Assembly (NCBI GenBank): GCA_032718475.1
Contig: JAUCBJ010006043.1
Span: forward strand, 1-64,000
Origin: Nemertoderma westbladi
Taxonomy: Eukaryota > Animalia > Xenacoelomorpha
DNA: 64,000 nt
Reading direction: 5' to 3'
The translations under genes were made by a program, and so were the position numbers. Positions 35,601 to 48,783 of the stretch are shown here, one piece after another. Under the pieces are notes generated by a model. It saw nothing but the letters and a program-made list of their open reading frames with translations, did not search any database and had not been told where the DNA came from. Each line of letters starts with the position of its first letter. The first letter of the stretch is position 1.

Positions 35601-37525
35601 GCGGACAACGGGATTAAACCCGGAAGTCGCGGAATACATACCGGCGGGTAGGCCAGAAGCTGATAGGCCTATACCGGTACCAGTACAGCAGTATGACTAC
35701 AGCATGCAGGGACATAACATATACCCAGGGGAGGGGGGAATTATTGCGGATAGGTGTATGGGCCCCAATATATTAACATCAACCCCAGTACCAAACATAC
35801 CGGTGGGGGGGGGGGGGGACAGGGTGACATTCCCCCATCACAATATCAACAATATACCCCGATAGGAGCAAGAACAACGAGACCCTTGGATGAAAATAGG
35901 TCGTGCGACACGGAAATATGGAGGGGGCCGCTACCCCCGATGACATATCCAAGTCAAAGAAAGTCAAGAAATAGGACGGACGGACCGCATCAGACAGGAG
36001 AAACCATACAGCATCCATCGAACCCATTGGAAGCGCAGGCGATGGGGATGGCCACGTTAATCGATGCGTTGAAAACGAGGATCGAGTTACCACCCGTGGA
36101 ACCATTCAAATTCGATGGGAGTAGGCCGGAAGAATATCTACAGTTTCGGCGCATGTATAGTAACGAAATACTAACAAAGAATTTGACGCAGGCGGAGTGC
36201 CTAAAGTATCTGCAAGTATACACGGGAGGCCCAGCATACGATATCGTGAGGCAATATCAAGGCATAAAGGGCGGCTTCACGACAGCATGGCGGGCACTGG
36301 ACAGGGAATACGGGCACCCGGCCAAGATCATCAGACAGACACTGAGAGGCATAACATCGGGTGGCCTACAGGATAATCCCGTTAGCATTAAGACGTTCGC
36401 TAACAAAGTCGAAAAGGTGCTAATCGTGCTGAAGACGCTAGACGCGCCATACGAGCTCAACGCGTCCAATAACATCACCACGATAGCGCAGGCACTACCG
36501 AACTGGCTGCGCAACAAGTGGAGGAAGATCGCTTTCTCCACTCGAGACAAGAAGGGTGTGGAACCGGGTTTAGAAGAAATGTCAAGTTTCTTAAACTACG
36601 AAGCTGAACTAATAACCGACCCAGTCTATAGCGAAGATAGCCTGGGAAAGGGACCGAAGACGGACTACCATAGACCGAAACCAGAGCACAACACATCAAA
36701 CGCACTACCGAGGCTCAGGCAATCATTGCCATATGCAGCGACGCAGGGGACTGCAAGTCCACAGATAGCCGAAAGTGAGACCACACCATGGAACGGACAG
36801 GGGAATAATAACAACACAAATAAATATAACCCCAATACGTCCAGTAGGCCGAATCCAAACAATAAGAATAGTAGGGACTTTGGCACAAACGCAGCTGCGA
36901 TACGCGATGCACTGTATAAGGAGGGCTACGACCCAAAGAGCAAATGCCAGCTACACGCAAATGCGCTTCATCAAACCATGAACTGCAGATACTGGCAAGC
37001 GCTACCTAGGCAAGATCAGATAGATTATGCGTCGAGCAATAAGATCTGCTCGCGATGTGTGATGAGTGGACATAAAGCTAGGGAATGCAAGGAGAAGCCG
37101 GTCAAGTTTGGTCAAAGGAGAGGCCAAACGATGGCAACGAGCACAGTAGGGGCGAAGAAGAGAGGAACGGTGTTGCTTGGAGTAGTACCCGTGCGAGTGA
37201 TTGGAGAAGGCAATCGATCAGTAACAACACTAATGCTGGTTGATAGTGGAGCTGCCTTCACATTAGTCGAGGAATGGGTGGCCGAAGAGATAGGATTGAG
37301 AACGAGGCCAAGCAGAATGGCGGTAACAACCATCTCTAGCAAAGATGAGATCCTGGAGATGAGAACCGGACGGTGCGCAATTGCAGCAGTGGCACCGGGA
37401 TGCGACTATGGGGCAACCATCGACCCCATCCAAGTGATAGAGTCAATTAATATCAATGCCAGGCGGCCAACCAACATCGAGGTCGAGCAATATAAATTCC
37501 TGGACGACATTGACTTCTCAATCCC
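32667..37525 (+). CDS. Very long Gag-protease of C (frames shift at poly-G runs; interrupted by D at 37526)
   Basis: ORFs 32667-34925, 34876-35865 and 35754-37547 overlap at G homopolymers; ELPPVEPFKFDG (DUF1759-type), CQLH..HQTMNC, CSRCVMSGHKAREC, protease LVDSGA. Confidence 0.85.
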
Positions 37526-37788
37526 TATAGCGTACTCATGGTTTTAGAGAATACTATAGTGATTCAATGTATTAAAGATTCCACTAGGTGGTGTTAGCGA
37601 TGTAAAAGTTTGATTCTTTGCCAAGTTGTGTAGTAGTTATTCAATGGTATATTGTTTTTTCTATTGTTGTTGTGGAGTTAACCTATTGCAAGTATTCAAT
37701 ATGTAAGTTAATTAAATTGTTTTCAAGCTAATAAATTTATCATTTTATTTTATACATAATTTGTGATCAAAGAGATAAGATCACTAAA

Positions 37789-37798
37789 TGGCGCCCGA
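37789..37798 (+). promoter_or_regulatory. PBS of D (tRNA-Lys-like)
   Basis: TGGCGCCCGA matches the first 10 nt of the canonical tRNA-Lys(UUU) PBS TGGCGCCCGAACAGGGAC. Confidence 0.75.
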
Positions 37799-38010
37799 TA
37801 TAAATTTAAATAACTGTATTCAATATTTTAATTAACTGAGATATTATAATTGAATTATTTTAATGGAAAATAATTAACTATAATGGATCTGTAATGGAAC
37901 AGAGGAGATTTGACTCTGACAAACATGAGAAACGGGAACTGACGTCAATCAAGAGTGTTAAGCATAAGGTGAGTCACAAATAGAGTGTTACATGTGTCAA
38001 CATCGATTCA

Positions 38011-41000
38011 ATGGCAACTAAATTACGCAATAAGCGTGCTGGAATCAAAAGTTACTTGAAACAGTTGATGGCAAAAAAGTATGAGGAATTGTCTAGCATC
38101 GATGTTGAAGCAGCGTTAGAGTCAACTCAAAAACGGTTACAAATAATTTTAGACCTAGATGATGAGATATTGAGTGAAATAGATGAAGATCTAGTAGAAG
38201 AGGAAACTTTAAAAAATTCAAACTATGTACTGAATGTTGAGTATTTCATTGTCTATCTAAAAAATATTCTAGGTATTGGTTTAAAATCCAAACCATTCAC
38301 AAGTAGTCCCGCCATTATTGGTGGAGATTCTGAAGTCAATACAACGAAACGTGTTACTAAGTTACCAAAGTTAGAGTTAAAGAAATTCAATGGAAAAATT
38401 ACCGAATGGCAAGGCTTTATAGAGAGTTTTGATTCTGCAATTGGTACAAATAATTCTTTAAATGGAGTGGATAAATTCAATTATTTAAAAACTCTTTTAG
38501 AAGGCCCAGCTTTATCGGCAATCCAAGGATTATCTTTATCAGAAGATAATTATCACGTTGCACTAACCACTCTTAGAAATCGCTATGGTCAAACAGAAGT
38601 AATAGTGAATGCACATTTGGAATTAATTGTTAATTACCCAAGATTTTTCAATTGTGATGACGCAAAGAAATTTCGTGCGTTTTATGATTTTTTAAATATG
38701 CATGTTTTACAACTTGAATCATTAGGAATTTCGTGCGAAAACTATGAATTGGTAATTTTTCAAAAGATCATGACAAAATTACCAGACGACATTAAATTAA
38801 AAATGGGTCGAGATTTAGAATCAAAGACAGATATCAATTTACTTTTAAAACATTTAGAACAAGAGGTAATATTAAGAGAGAGATTGAGTGCATATGCAGA
38901 AATGTCGAGAACTGGATCAACTACAAAAGACAAGGAAACGAGTAAAACTTCAATCCACACAAATAACACTGCTGGCACTTACCACAATGAGTCAATTAAT
39001 CAAATTTCAACAATAGCAGCAACAATGAGACCCCCCCAGCATCAAAGTTTTTATCCGAGTTCCAAGTATTCCAAATCAAATTTGTGTTGTGTATTGTCAC
39101 GGGAGTCATTATGCTGATTTATGTGATGTATTTACAAATGTAGAATCGCGTACAGTACATCTACGTAAAGAAGGTCGGTGCTTTAATTGTTTAAGAAAGG
39201 ACCACGATGCTACAAATTGTATTTCTAAAAAGTGCTGTTACTTTTGCAAGAAACATCACCATTCGTCATTGTGCTATAAACATTTTAGAACACAAAAACC
39301 AGCTGAGAGTAGCATGTGTAATAGAGATCAAATTCAAAAACCCAAATTGGAAGCAGGTAAGAAAGCTGAGAATAAAATAAATTCAGGAAATACAACGTCA
39401 CAGCTGCTAATTCCTAATGCAAGCAACTCAAACTCAAATGCGATGTCAATTATTCTACAATTAGCTCGAGGTAATATATCGAATGACGATGATATCTCTA
39501 ATGTTCAAAAAGTAAATAGATTTTTTGACAAAGGCAGCCAACGAAGTTTTATATCAACGAAATTGGCCAATAATTTATCCTGTACTGTAATTGGTAAAGA
39601 AAATATTGAAGTTAATTCATTTGGAGATAAAATAGTTGAAATATCATGTCCTATTGTTGAACTTTATTTATTTGGAAAAAATGGTGAAAAGCTACATTTA
39701 AGTGCATTAGTATATGACAAAATATGTGGTTCTATCCATGCTGATGAAGTTGAAATAAACAGATATAACCATTTACGAGATTTAGATGTTGCATACCCTA
39801 TTGAAGGAGGTGTGTTCAATGTTGATATATTAGTAGGACTCGATCACTATTGGAAAATCGTACAGGATGACATTTTAAAGGGAGATGGAGGTCCTATAGC
39901 AATGAGTAGCATAATAGGTTGGTTAATATCAGGTCCAAAATCAACCGAACCAATATTAAATATAGAAGAGAATGAGTTCAATGAGACAAGTTCAACTCAC
40001 AACTTGTTGTGTTCCATTGATTCAACTGAGTCACAAATTCAAATTATTGGTTCAAACTTAAATGTGGAAGAGAAATCAAATTCAATGGTGGATGAGTTCC
40101 AACAATTTTGGGAGACCAGCATCAATAAAGATTCTGAATCAGATTCTAGTATTATAATTCAAGAGTTAACAAATTCAGCAAAATATGACGAGACAAATAA
40201 ACGATGGACTGTTGCAATACCATGGAAAGATAATATTCATAAGCTTTTAGATAATTATGGATTAGCAAAGAAAAGACTCATAACATTACTCAAAAAGTTA
40301 AATACCGATCCAAAGTTATTCAAAATGTATAAGGATACATTAGAAGAACATATACGGCTAAATATGATTGAGGTCATTCCACATAATGAGATCTATTCAA
40401 CCAAAAATATCGTATATTACATACCTCACTTTGGAGTCCTTGACGAAACGCGTTTAACAACAAAACTCCGTGTTGTTATGAATGCATCACAGAATGATAA
40501 GAATGGTCTTTCATTAAATAAGTGTATTTATAATGGGCCAAATCTCTTACCACTTATTATAGATATGCTTCTGAGATTAAGATCCTACAAAATAGCAATT
40601 GTAGCGGATATTGCAAAAGCCTTTTTGCAAGTAGCAGTGAATAAAGAACAATGTGACACCTTGCGTATACTTTGGATTGATGACTCGGGAAATATTATAC
40701 ATCTTCGCTACGTGAGGTTGGTGATGGGAGTCGGATCAAGTTCATTCTGTTTGAATGCCATTATTAAGATTCACATTGAGAAATTCAAACACCTTGCACC
40801 TGATTTCATTAAAAAATTGCTTCGTGACATCTATGTTGATGACTTAACAACAGGGGAGAACACAGTGGAATCAGCAATTCAATTATATAATCAATCAAAA
40901 CAAATAATGTCAGAGGGTAATTTTGAACTGAGAAAATGGAAGAGTAATGACCCTGCTGTTATGGCACATATAAATAATGTAGAACAATTTGAGCCACAAC

Positions 41001-43503
41001 CACGAGAGGATTTCAATGATAGTTATGCAAAAGCAACATTGGGACCATCTGCAAGCTCTGAAATTAACAACACCACGAAAGTTCTTGGATTAACATGGAA
41101 ATATGATGTAGATAAATTCATGTTTCATATTTCAAACCTACCGCACCAACTAGATGCAACCAAGAGGAACTTACTCAAATTTTCGGCACACATATATGAT
41201 CCCTTGGGAATATTGAGCCCATTTACTATTCAGATCAAAATACTATTTCAAGAACTATGTATTTCTAAAATAGATTGGGATGTTCAATTGGAAGGTCAAC
41301 ATTTCAATAAATATAAGAAATTCTACTCCGACTTAAGATTTTTAAAAAAATGATGAATTCTTATTTCCCCGATATTGTCTAAGCCCTCACCATAATGACA
41401 GTATATCTCAAGTAACTTTGCATATATTTGGGGATGCTTCAGCGAAAGCATTTGCAACAGCAGTTTACATTAGAACAGAAACTAATAACGAGGTTGAAGT
41501 CAATTTATTGGCTGCTAAAAGTAAAGTTGCCCCTATACAGAAAACAAAAAACAACTTCACCTGCACTCCACGTCTTGAGCTGCTCGCAGCAGTTCTTTGT
41601 ATAGATATCCATAATATTATTATCAATGCATATAATAACGTATTAAAAATTTTCAAAGTCTACTTCTGGTCCGACAATCGGACAGTTTTATGTTGGATAA
41701 AGAATGATACTGACTATGTGGCTTTTGTTCAAAATCGAGTTTCCAAGATCAGACATTTCTCAAACCCATCACAATGGAACCACTGTCCTGGATGTGAGAA
41801 TCCGGCTGATCCCCCATCAAGAGGTACTTGCGCCAAAGAGTTACTTTCACATCCCATTTGGCTTAATGGTCCAAAATGGTTAGCTTCACCAGAAAAGTTC
41901 TGGCCACATTCAAATGAGGAGGGAATGCTAACCGAAGATTATTATAAAGAGGTAAAAAAGAAAACAAACTTTCCAGTTTGTATAGTATCAGTATCAAACA
42001 AACAACCAATTTTTGATGTAACAAGATACTCAACATTAAACAAAGTGATTCGTATTACACATATTATATTTAAATTCCTACAAAATGTGAGTTCATCCAA
42101 GTGTTGTCCAACATTAACATCAATAAGTCTCTCTCCAGAACAATATTGGATTAAAATTATACAAGAAGAACATTTCCCCCACGAATTGGAATATCTCCAT
42201 TCTAAAAGTGGATCGTGTCCGCAGAAGGTACATCAATTGGGTTTAGAACTAGATTCCCATGGAATAATAACTTGCAAAACGAGATTAGAGAGTGCCGACT
42301 TACCTTATGCCATGAAACATCCAATATTGTTACCTAGAGCAAAAGATTCTTATTTTACTAAACTACTAATTGAACAAATACATGTAGATGTATTACATGC
42401 TGGGACATCTGGAACGTTAAGCCATACTAGAGAACAATTCTGGATTCTCGAGGGTAGACGAAGTGTGAGGAGCTCAATATCAAATTGCAAGCATTGCAAA
42501 AAAATAGTTGGAAAATCATACCCCACTCCACTTCTTCCTCCACTTCCAATCGAGAGGATATCTGAATGTTTACCTTTTATATGTACTGGTGTTGATTTTG
42601 CTGGTCCCTTAAATGTCAAGCGAACCAGCAACAGGGGAGAAAATGGAGTTATAGAAAAATATAAAGCATGGATTTCGATATTCACCTGCGCAAGTACACG
42701 TGCAGTTCACCTTGAAGTTGCTGAGGATCTAACTGGAGAAGGATTTTTAAGTTGTTTTCGTCGATTTGTTGCTCGAAGGTCTTGGCCAGAACAAATGTGG
42801 TCAGACAATGGATCAAATTTCAAAAGTAACACTGTCAAGAAATTTATGGAAAAACACAACATTAGATTCGAGCACATTGTCGAGAAAGCCCCTTGGTGGG
42901 GTGGACTGTGGGAACGAATAGTAAAGATGATAAAAGAGAATTTACAAAAAGTGTTGGGACGCTCATTACTAACATTGATTGAGTTAATAACAGTTTTATC
43001 AGAAATTGAAAGTATACTGAATGATAGACCACTTACATATGTTGATTCCGATCTACATAGTCCAACAATATTAACCCCATCTCATATTTTAGTTGGAAAA
43101 AGGAATTTCACTAAACCTATCGTTGTGTCTACTACTGAAAGCATACCTGATAGTACCCAGAAACAAGTACAACAACGCTGGGAGTACATATCTAAATTGC
43201 GTAGAAACTTCCAGAAGAATTTCCGAATGACATATTTAACTAGCCTGAGAGAACGTTTTTGGCCACGATATCAACTGTCGGGTCCAAAGATCGCCAAAGA
43301 TGATGTTGTACTTATAGAGAATGAAGATGTATCAAACAGAGCGTTGGCGTTTGGGAATTATAGACGACCTAATAGAAAGCCGTGATAAAGTGGTTAGAGC
43401 GGCAAATGTAAGAACTATTACTCAAGGAAAGTTGCCTAAACCGATATATATAAAGCGGCCGATTCAAGCCCTATATCCATTGGAGATTAACTGTAATGAT
43501 TAG
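38011..43503 (+). CDS. Gag-Pol of D (three frameshifts: ~39090, ~41350, ~43340)
   Basis: KLPKLELKKFNG (DUF1759), three knuckles, FFDKGSQRS protease, YVDD RT, HIFGDAS RNaseH, HHCC and GVDFAGP/SDNG/WERI integrase. Confidence 0.92.
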
Positions 43504-44160
43504 ATTTATTAAATTGTCTAATTAGAAATGTTAATTATTGAACTAAGTGTAAAATTAACTATTTGTGGGATTCGTAATATTCATACTATATCATATGGTT
43601 TTGTTCTAAGTTTTATAATTAAAACAAGGTTTAATTAAGAATTTTAACTTGAGATTTATAGTGAAGTGAAGTTTAAGATCTCAAACTGCACTACATAATA
43701 CGTAAGTTACATTAATTGTATTAACATTTGCGTTAAATTGAAGCTATTCGTATCATTTATGTGAGCATGTAAATATTGTATATTATTATTTTTTAGTATT
43801 TTGGTGACAGTTATCAATATAGTGATACGAATTGATTTTACATATTGTGTTTCAAAAGTAAATAAACTTACATAATACAGTTTACAGGGGAGTATAGCGT
43901 ACTCATGGTTTTAGAGAATACTATAGTGATTCAATGTATTAAAGATTCCACTAGGTGGTGTTAGCGATGTAAAAGTTTGATTCTTTGCCAAGTTGTGTAG
44001 TATTTATTCAATGGTATATTGTTTTTTCTATTGTTGTTGTGGAGTTAACCTATTGCAAGTATTCAATATGTAAGTTAATTAAATTGTTTTCAAGCTAATA
44101 AATTTATCATTTTATTTTATACATAATTTGTGATCAAAGAGATAAGATCACTAAAATCCC

Positions 44161-47100
44161 AGATGTGGACGTTAGGAAGGTATCCATCATAGTAGGAATG
44201 GACTGCCCAACGGCCCACGAAAGAATGCAAACGGTCTTCGGCGAAGACAAGCAGTGTGACCCGGTGGCGATATTAACACCATTCGGGTGGACGATGAGTG
44301 GCCCAATCAAGAGCAAGATACCGTTTAGGATGTCGGAGACATCAGGATGCATGTTCGCGGGAACAATGCAGGAAATGAGTGATGAGAGAGCAGAAGAGCA
44401 ACTTAAAAGACTGCTCAGACAGGATTTTGAAGGATTAAAGGAGACCGGGGTCGGGACCTCGGTAGAAGACAAGCAGGCTTTACAAAGTGTGGAGGAATCG
44501 ATGACATGCGATGAGGGGCGGTACACCATAGGAATGGTGTGGAAACTACCGAAGTTACCACTGCCCGATAATAGAGGGATGGTACTCACGAGACTCCGCA
44601 AGCTGAAACAAACACTAAAACGGAGCCCCGAGAAGAATGAGTACATCCACAGAACAATTAAGAAGTACGTCGAGAAAGGATGGGCCGTGGAGTTACCGGT
44701 CGACGAGCCGAACACGGACAGGACATATTACCTGCCACTCCACGTGGCTTTAGACCCAAAGAAAGGTAAACTGCGGGTGGTAGTTGACGCATCGGCAAAG
44801 ACCAACGGAAAATGCTTAAACGACTATCTGTTAGAAGGTCCAAACATATATAACTCGGGCATAGAGGTCCTACTTAGATTTAGGAATGGGAAACACGCCT
44901 TCACGTGTGACATAGAAGGCATGTTCAACCAAGTCCGTGTAACGGAGGAAGATAGCGACAGTCAACGCTTCTTATGGTATAACAGCGAGGAAGAACCGTC
45001 GATAATACCGGCATATAAGATGGTAGTACAAAACATGGGAGCCAAGTCGTCTTCATTTACGACGACTATGGCAGTGAGAGATACAGTGAAGGGGAAGGAA
45101 GATAGATACAGCACTAGGGCCGTCGATATGATTCGACGCGGCTTCTACGTAGACGACGGAATGGAGTCTGGAAATACGGTTAAAGAGATACTGGACACAG
45201 GGCGCGAGGTTCGCGACATCCTAAAAGGATCCGGCTTTAACCTGACCAAATTCCAATCCAGTTCGGAAGAATTTATCAAGGCGATAGAGGACAAGAGACC
45301 AGAATCGACCATGGATAATCCCACAACAGCCAAAGGGCAGGACATGGCGAACAAGAGAACAGAATCTCAACAGAAGGCATTGGGAATCGTGTGGAACAGG
45401 GAGACAGACGAACTGAAGTATCAGCTGAGCCAGGAGGGCGCAGACATCCACACGAAGAGGGGCTATGTATCGTATATAGCAAGGATATACGATCCCCTAG
45501 GCCTAGCATCCCCATTATTAGTCACGGGGAAACAGATACTCAAGAGAGTATACAAATTGAAGGATGAGTGGGACGTAGAGGTACCAGAGGAAATCAAGAA
45601 ACAGTGGAGTAAGTGGACAGGAGACTTGGAGAAGATGGGAACATACAACATGCCACGAGTGTATTTCCCGGATGGGAACATGACGAATCTGGACCTACAC
45701 ATGTTCTCCGATGCGTCGTTGGAGGCGTACGGAGCGGCACTCTATTTAGTACAACGAGAGGGGGCTCATAAGCCCAGACTGGCCTTTAGCAAAGCAAAGT
45801 CAACGCCGCCAGATTCAGCATCAGTTCCCAAGTTAGAATTGACAGCTGCGAGACTAGGAGTTAGAGCCACAGCCTACCTAGTGGATACTATTCCCAACAT
45901 AGTGGAGACACACTACTGGACGGACTCCATGGTAGTGCTTGGTTGGCTACATAACGAAAGGACGAGATACCCAATATTCGTCGCGAATAGAGTGGACGAA
46001 ATAAGGGTGACGACAGAGCTAGGAAGGTGGCACTACTGCCCTACGGACGAGAACCCAGCGGACTTGTTATCGAGGGGCATGGCACGCCACACTTTCTTGA
46101 AGAAGGAAGTATTGTGGCAACACGGGCCACAATTTCTGAGCGATAAGGAGGCCTGGCCGCCGATGAGAAAGGTGGACCCGGGCTCAGAAGTAGTGTCAGA
46201 AGGAGAAGAGGCAGATTCAGAGGGAGAAGAGATATACTCCCAGATGGTGAGGGAGATAAGGGACGTGCAACCTAGACCAGAAGAACTGTGCGATAACCCG
46301 ACGGATAAACTCCTCAGCTACAGCTCTAGTTGGTATAAGACCAAGAAATTAGTGGCGTACTGGAGAGCCTTCGGGAATTTCCTCGCGGGAGTCGGCAAAG
46401 ACAAGAAGATCAGGACATCCATAGTTCTGGAAGGAGCGGCCAAGGCAGTCATCCGCTATGAACAACGGAAGAACTATGGCGACGAGGTGGAACGCGTCGG
46501 TAAGCAACAGCATCTTCGACGGGACAGCGAGCTGATCACGCTGTCACCACAACTTAATGATGACGGGATTCTAGTAATGAACTCTAGTGTGGGATACAAC
46601 AATAGCATCGTGGTACCACCGAAGCCCATCATCATCCCTACAGGATCGCCGATAGTCCACCAGATTATCTGGGACTCCCATAAGTCAATATTGCACGGAG
46701 GCACCAACCGAACCCTCACGGAGATAAGGAGGACCTTTTGGGTCAAACAGTTGAGGAAGAAGGTAAAAGCGGTAGTGGGGCAGTGCCAGACCTGCCGACA
46801 AGCGAAGAAGGAGAGAGCCATACAAGAGATGGCACCACTACCAGCGAGTAGAGTAAGACAGCACGACCCGCCATTTACGCATTGCGGTGTGGACATGTTC
46901 GGGCCGATAAAGATCAAAGTGATGCGACACACGGAGAAACGCTATGGCATTATCTTCGTATGCAACAACACACGGGCAGTAGGGATAGAACTCACCCAAG
47001 ATGCAACCGCATCAGCATTCATTAATGCTTTAGAAAGGTTTAGAGACCGCAAAGGTGGGACGATCGCAGTGATATACAGCGACAATGGCACCAATTTTGT

Positions 47101-47788
47101 GGGGGCAGAGAACGAGATGGCAGAGGCCTTGGATATCCTGGAAGGAGAAGAAGTCAGGGCAGCCATGAGGCGACGACAAGTAAAGTGGGAGAGAAGGACG
47201 CCGTATGCACCACATACACTAGGGTGCGTCGAGAGACTGGTGGGCAGTTCGAAGCGTCTTATGACGAAATTAATGAACACCCATATGGTCACAGAGGACG
47301 TCTTGAGAACAGTATTAGCGAAGTGTGAGGATATCATTAATAGCAGACCACTATATCCGGAGAATGATGACCCTGAGTCACTAGACGTGCTGACGCCTAG
47401 CCATTTTCTAATGGAAAGACCAGCGACCATCGATATGCGGGGTGTAGATCCAGACGACATACACTCCCGCCAAAGTTGGAAAGTCGCTAAAGCAATAAGC
47501 GCAGAGTATTGGAGGAGGTGGGTAGAAGAATACCTACCCACGCTCCATAAAAGAAGCAAGTGGAGGAAGCCGAATAGGGAGTTAAGAGTAGGAGATCTCG
47601 TAATCGTTACGGATGATACTATCATCAACAACCAGTGGCGGTTGGCGAGAGTTGTAGGCACTTACTCCGATGAGGACGGAAGAGTCCGATCGGTAGAAGT
47701 GCGGATAGGTGGTAAGATAGGTGCGAAGGACAGAAAAACCTACAGGAGAGCTGTAGGGAAATGCTGTCTGTTAGAAGGGGCACCTTAG
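44161..47788 (+). CDS. Pol of C (RT-RNaseH-integrase), uninterrupted
   Basis: YYLPLH, LRVVVDAS, CDIEGMF, YVDD, YDPLG, FSDAS, NPADLLSRG, HHCC, GVDMFGP, SDNGTNF, VERLV. Confidence 0.95.
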
Positions 47789-47904
47789 TGGAGTTAGAGA
47801 AGAGTTTAGTCGTCCAAGCTTTGGACTGAGGGGGGTGGGATTGAGGGCGAGACGCCCTTCCCACACAAAAAAAAAATAGAAAATAAAAATAAAATAATAG
47901 TACA

Positions 47905-48405
47905 TAGTAGGTACGCAGTTAGTAGGCAGAAGTTAGTCAGTAAGAAGGTACGTAGTACCTAGAGTACGTAGTTAAGAGGTACGTAGTACCTAGAGTTAGT
48001 TAGTTAGTTAGGAGGTACGTAGTACCGTTAGTTAGGAGAGAGTTAAAGGGTACGTAGTACCGCTAGTTAGGAGAGAGTTAGAAGGTACATAGTACCGTGA
48101 GTTAGAGGGTACGTAGTACCGTTAGTTAGAGAGTTAGAGGGTACGTAGTACCGCTAGTTAGAGAGTTAGAGGGTACGTAGTACCGCTAGTTAGAGAGTTA
48201 GAGGGTACGTAGTACCGTTAGTTAGAGAGTTAGAGGGTACGTAGTACCGTTAGTTAGAGAGTTAGAGGGTACGTAGTACCGTTAGTTAGAGAGCAGTGAG
48301 AGGGTACGTAGTACCGTTAGTTAGAGAAGAGTTAGAGGGTACGTAGTACCATTAGTTAGTTAAAGAGAGCAAGAGTTAGTTAGAAAGTACGTAGTACTAG
48401 TTAGT
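47905..48405. repeat. 32-bp tandem repeat in the post-pol region of C
   Basis: GAGTTAGAGGGTACGTAGTACCGTTAGTTAGA units, each with a GGTAC-GTA-GTACC hairpin. Confidence 0.9.
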
Positions 48406-48783
48406 GAGAGATAGAGATAGAGGTAGTAGGGTATATAAAAGATATAGATATTAGTTAGCAGTTAGTAGCGAGAGGGGGGCATATGAGTACAGCTGGGTAA
48501 ATCGTGTGGCCACGCGACGCATACTGCTGTACTGCACAGGCCCACAGAGTAGGCCAGAATGTGGATTAGGAGATAGAATAATCCATAGGCAGTAGCAAGT
48601 AATAGGAAACAGTAAGGTAGTAGGATTAAAATCAGATCAAAACAAATAGGATAGATAGGGCTAAGAAGGGGAACAAATTATGGTAACAGTAATAAGAAAA
48701 TATAGGCTATTTAACTCAGAAATTCAGAAAGAGATAGGCCATCGAACTGAACTTAAACCACCTAAACCCATCACTCATCACGT

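Larger units (their letters stand above)
37526..44155 (+). mobile_element. Young BEL/Pao element D (6.6 kb) nested in C
   Basis: 263-bp LTRs (37526-37788, 43893-44155) with one visible mismatch; TSD (A)ATCCC; PBS TGGCGCCCGA at 37789; PPT AGGGGAG; removing it restores C's frame (FSIPDVDVRK). Confidence 0.95.
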
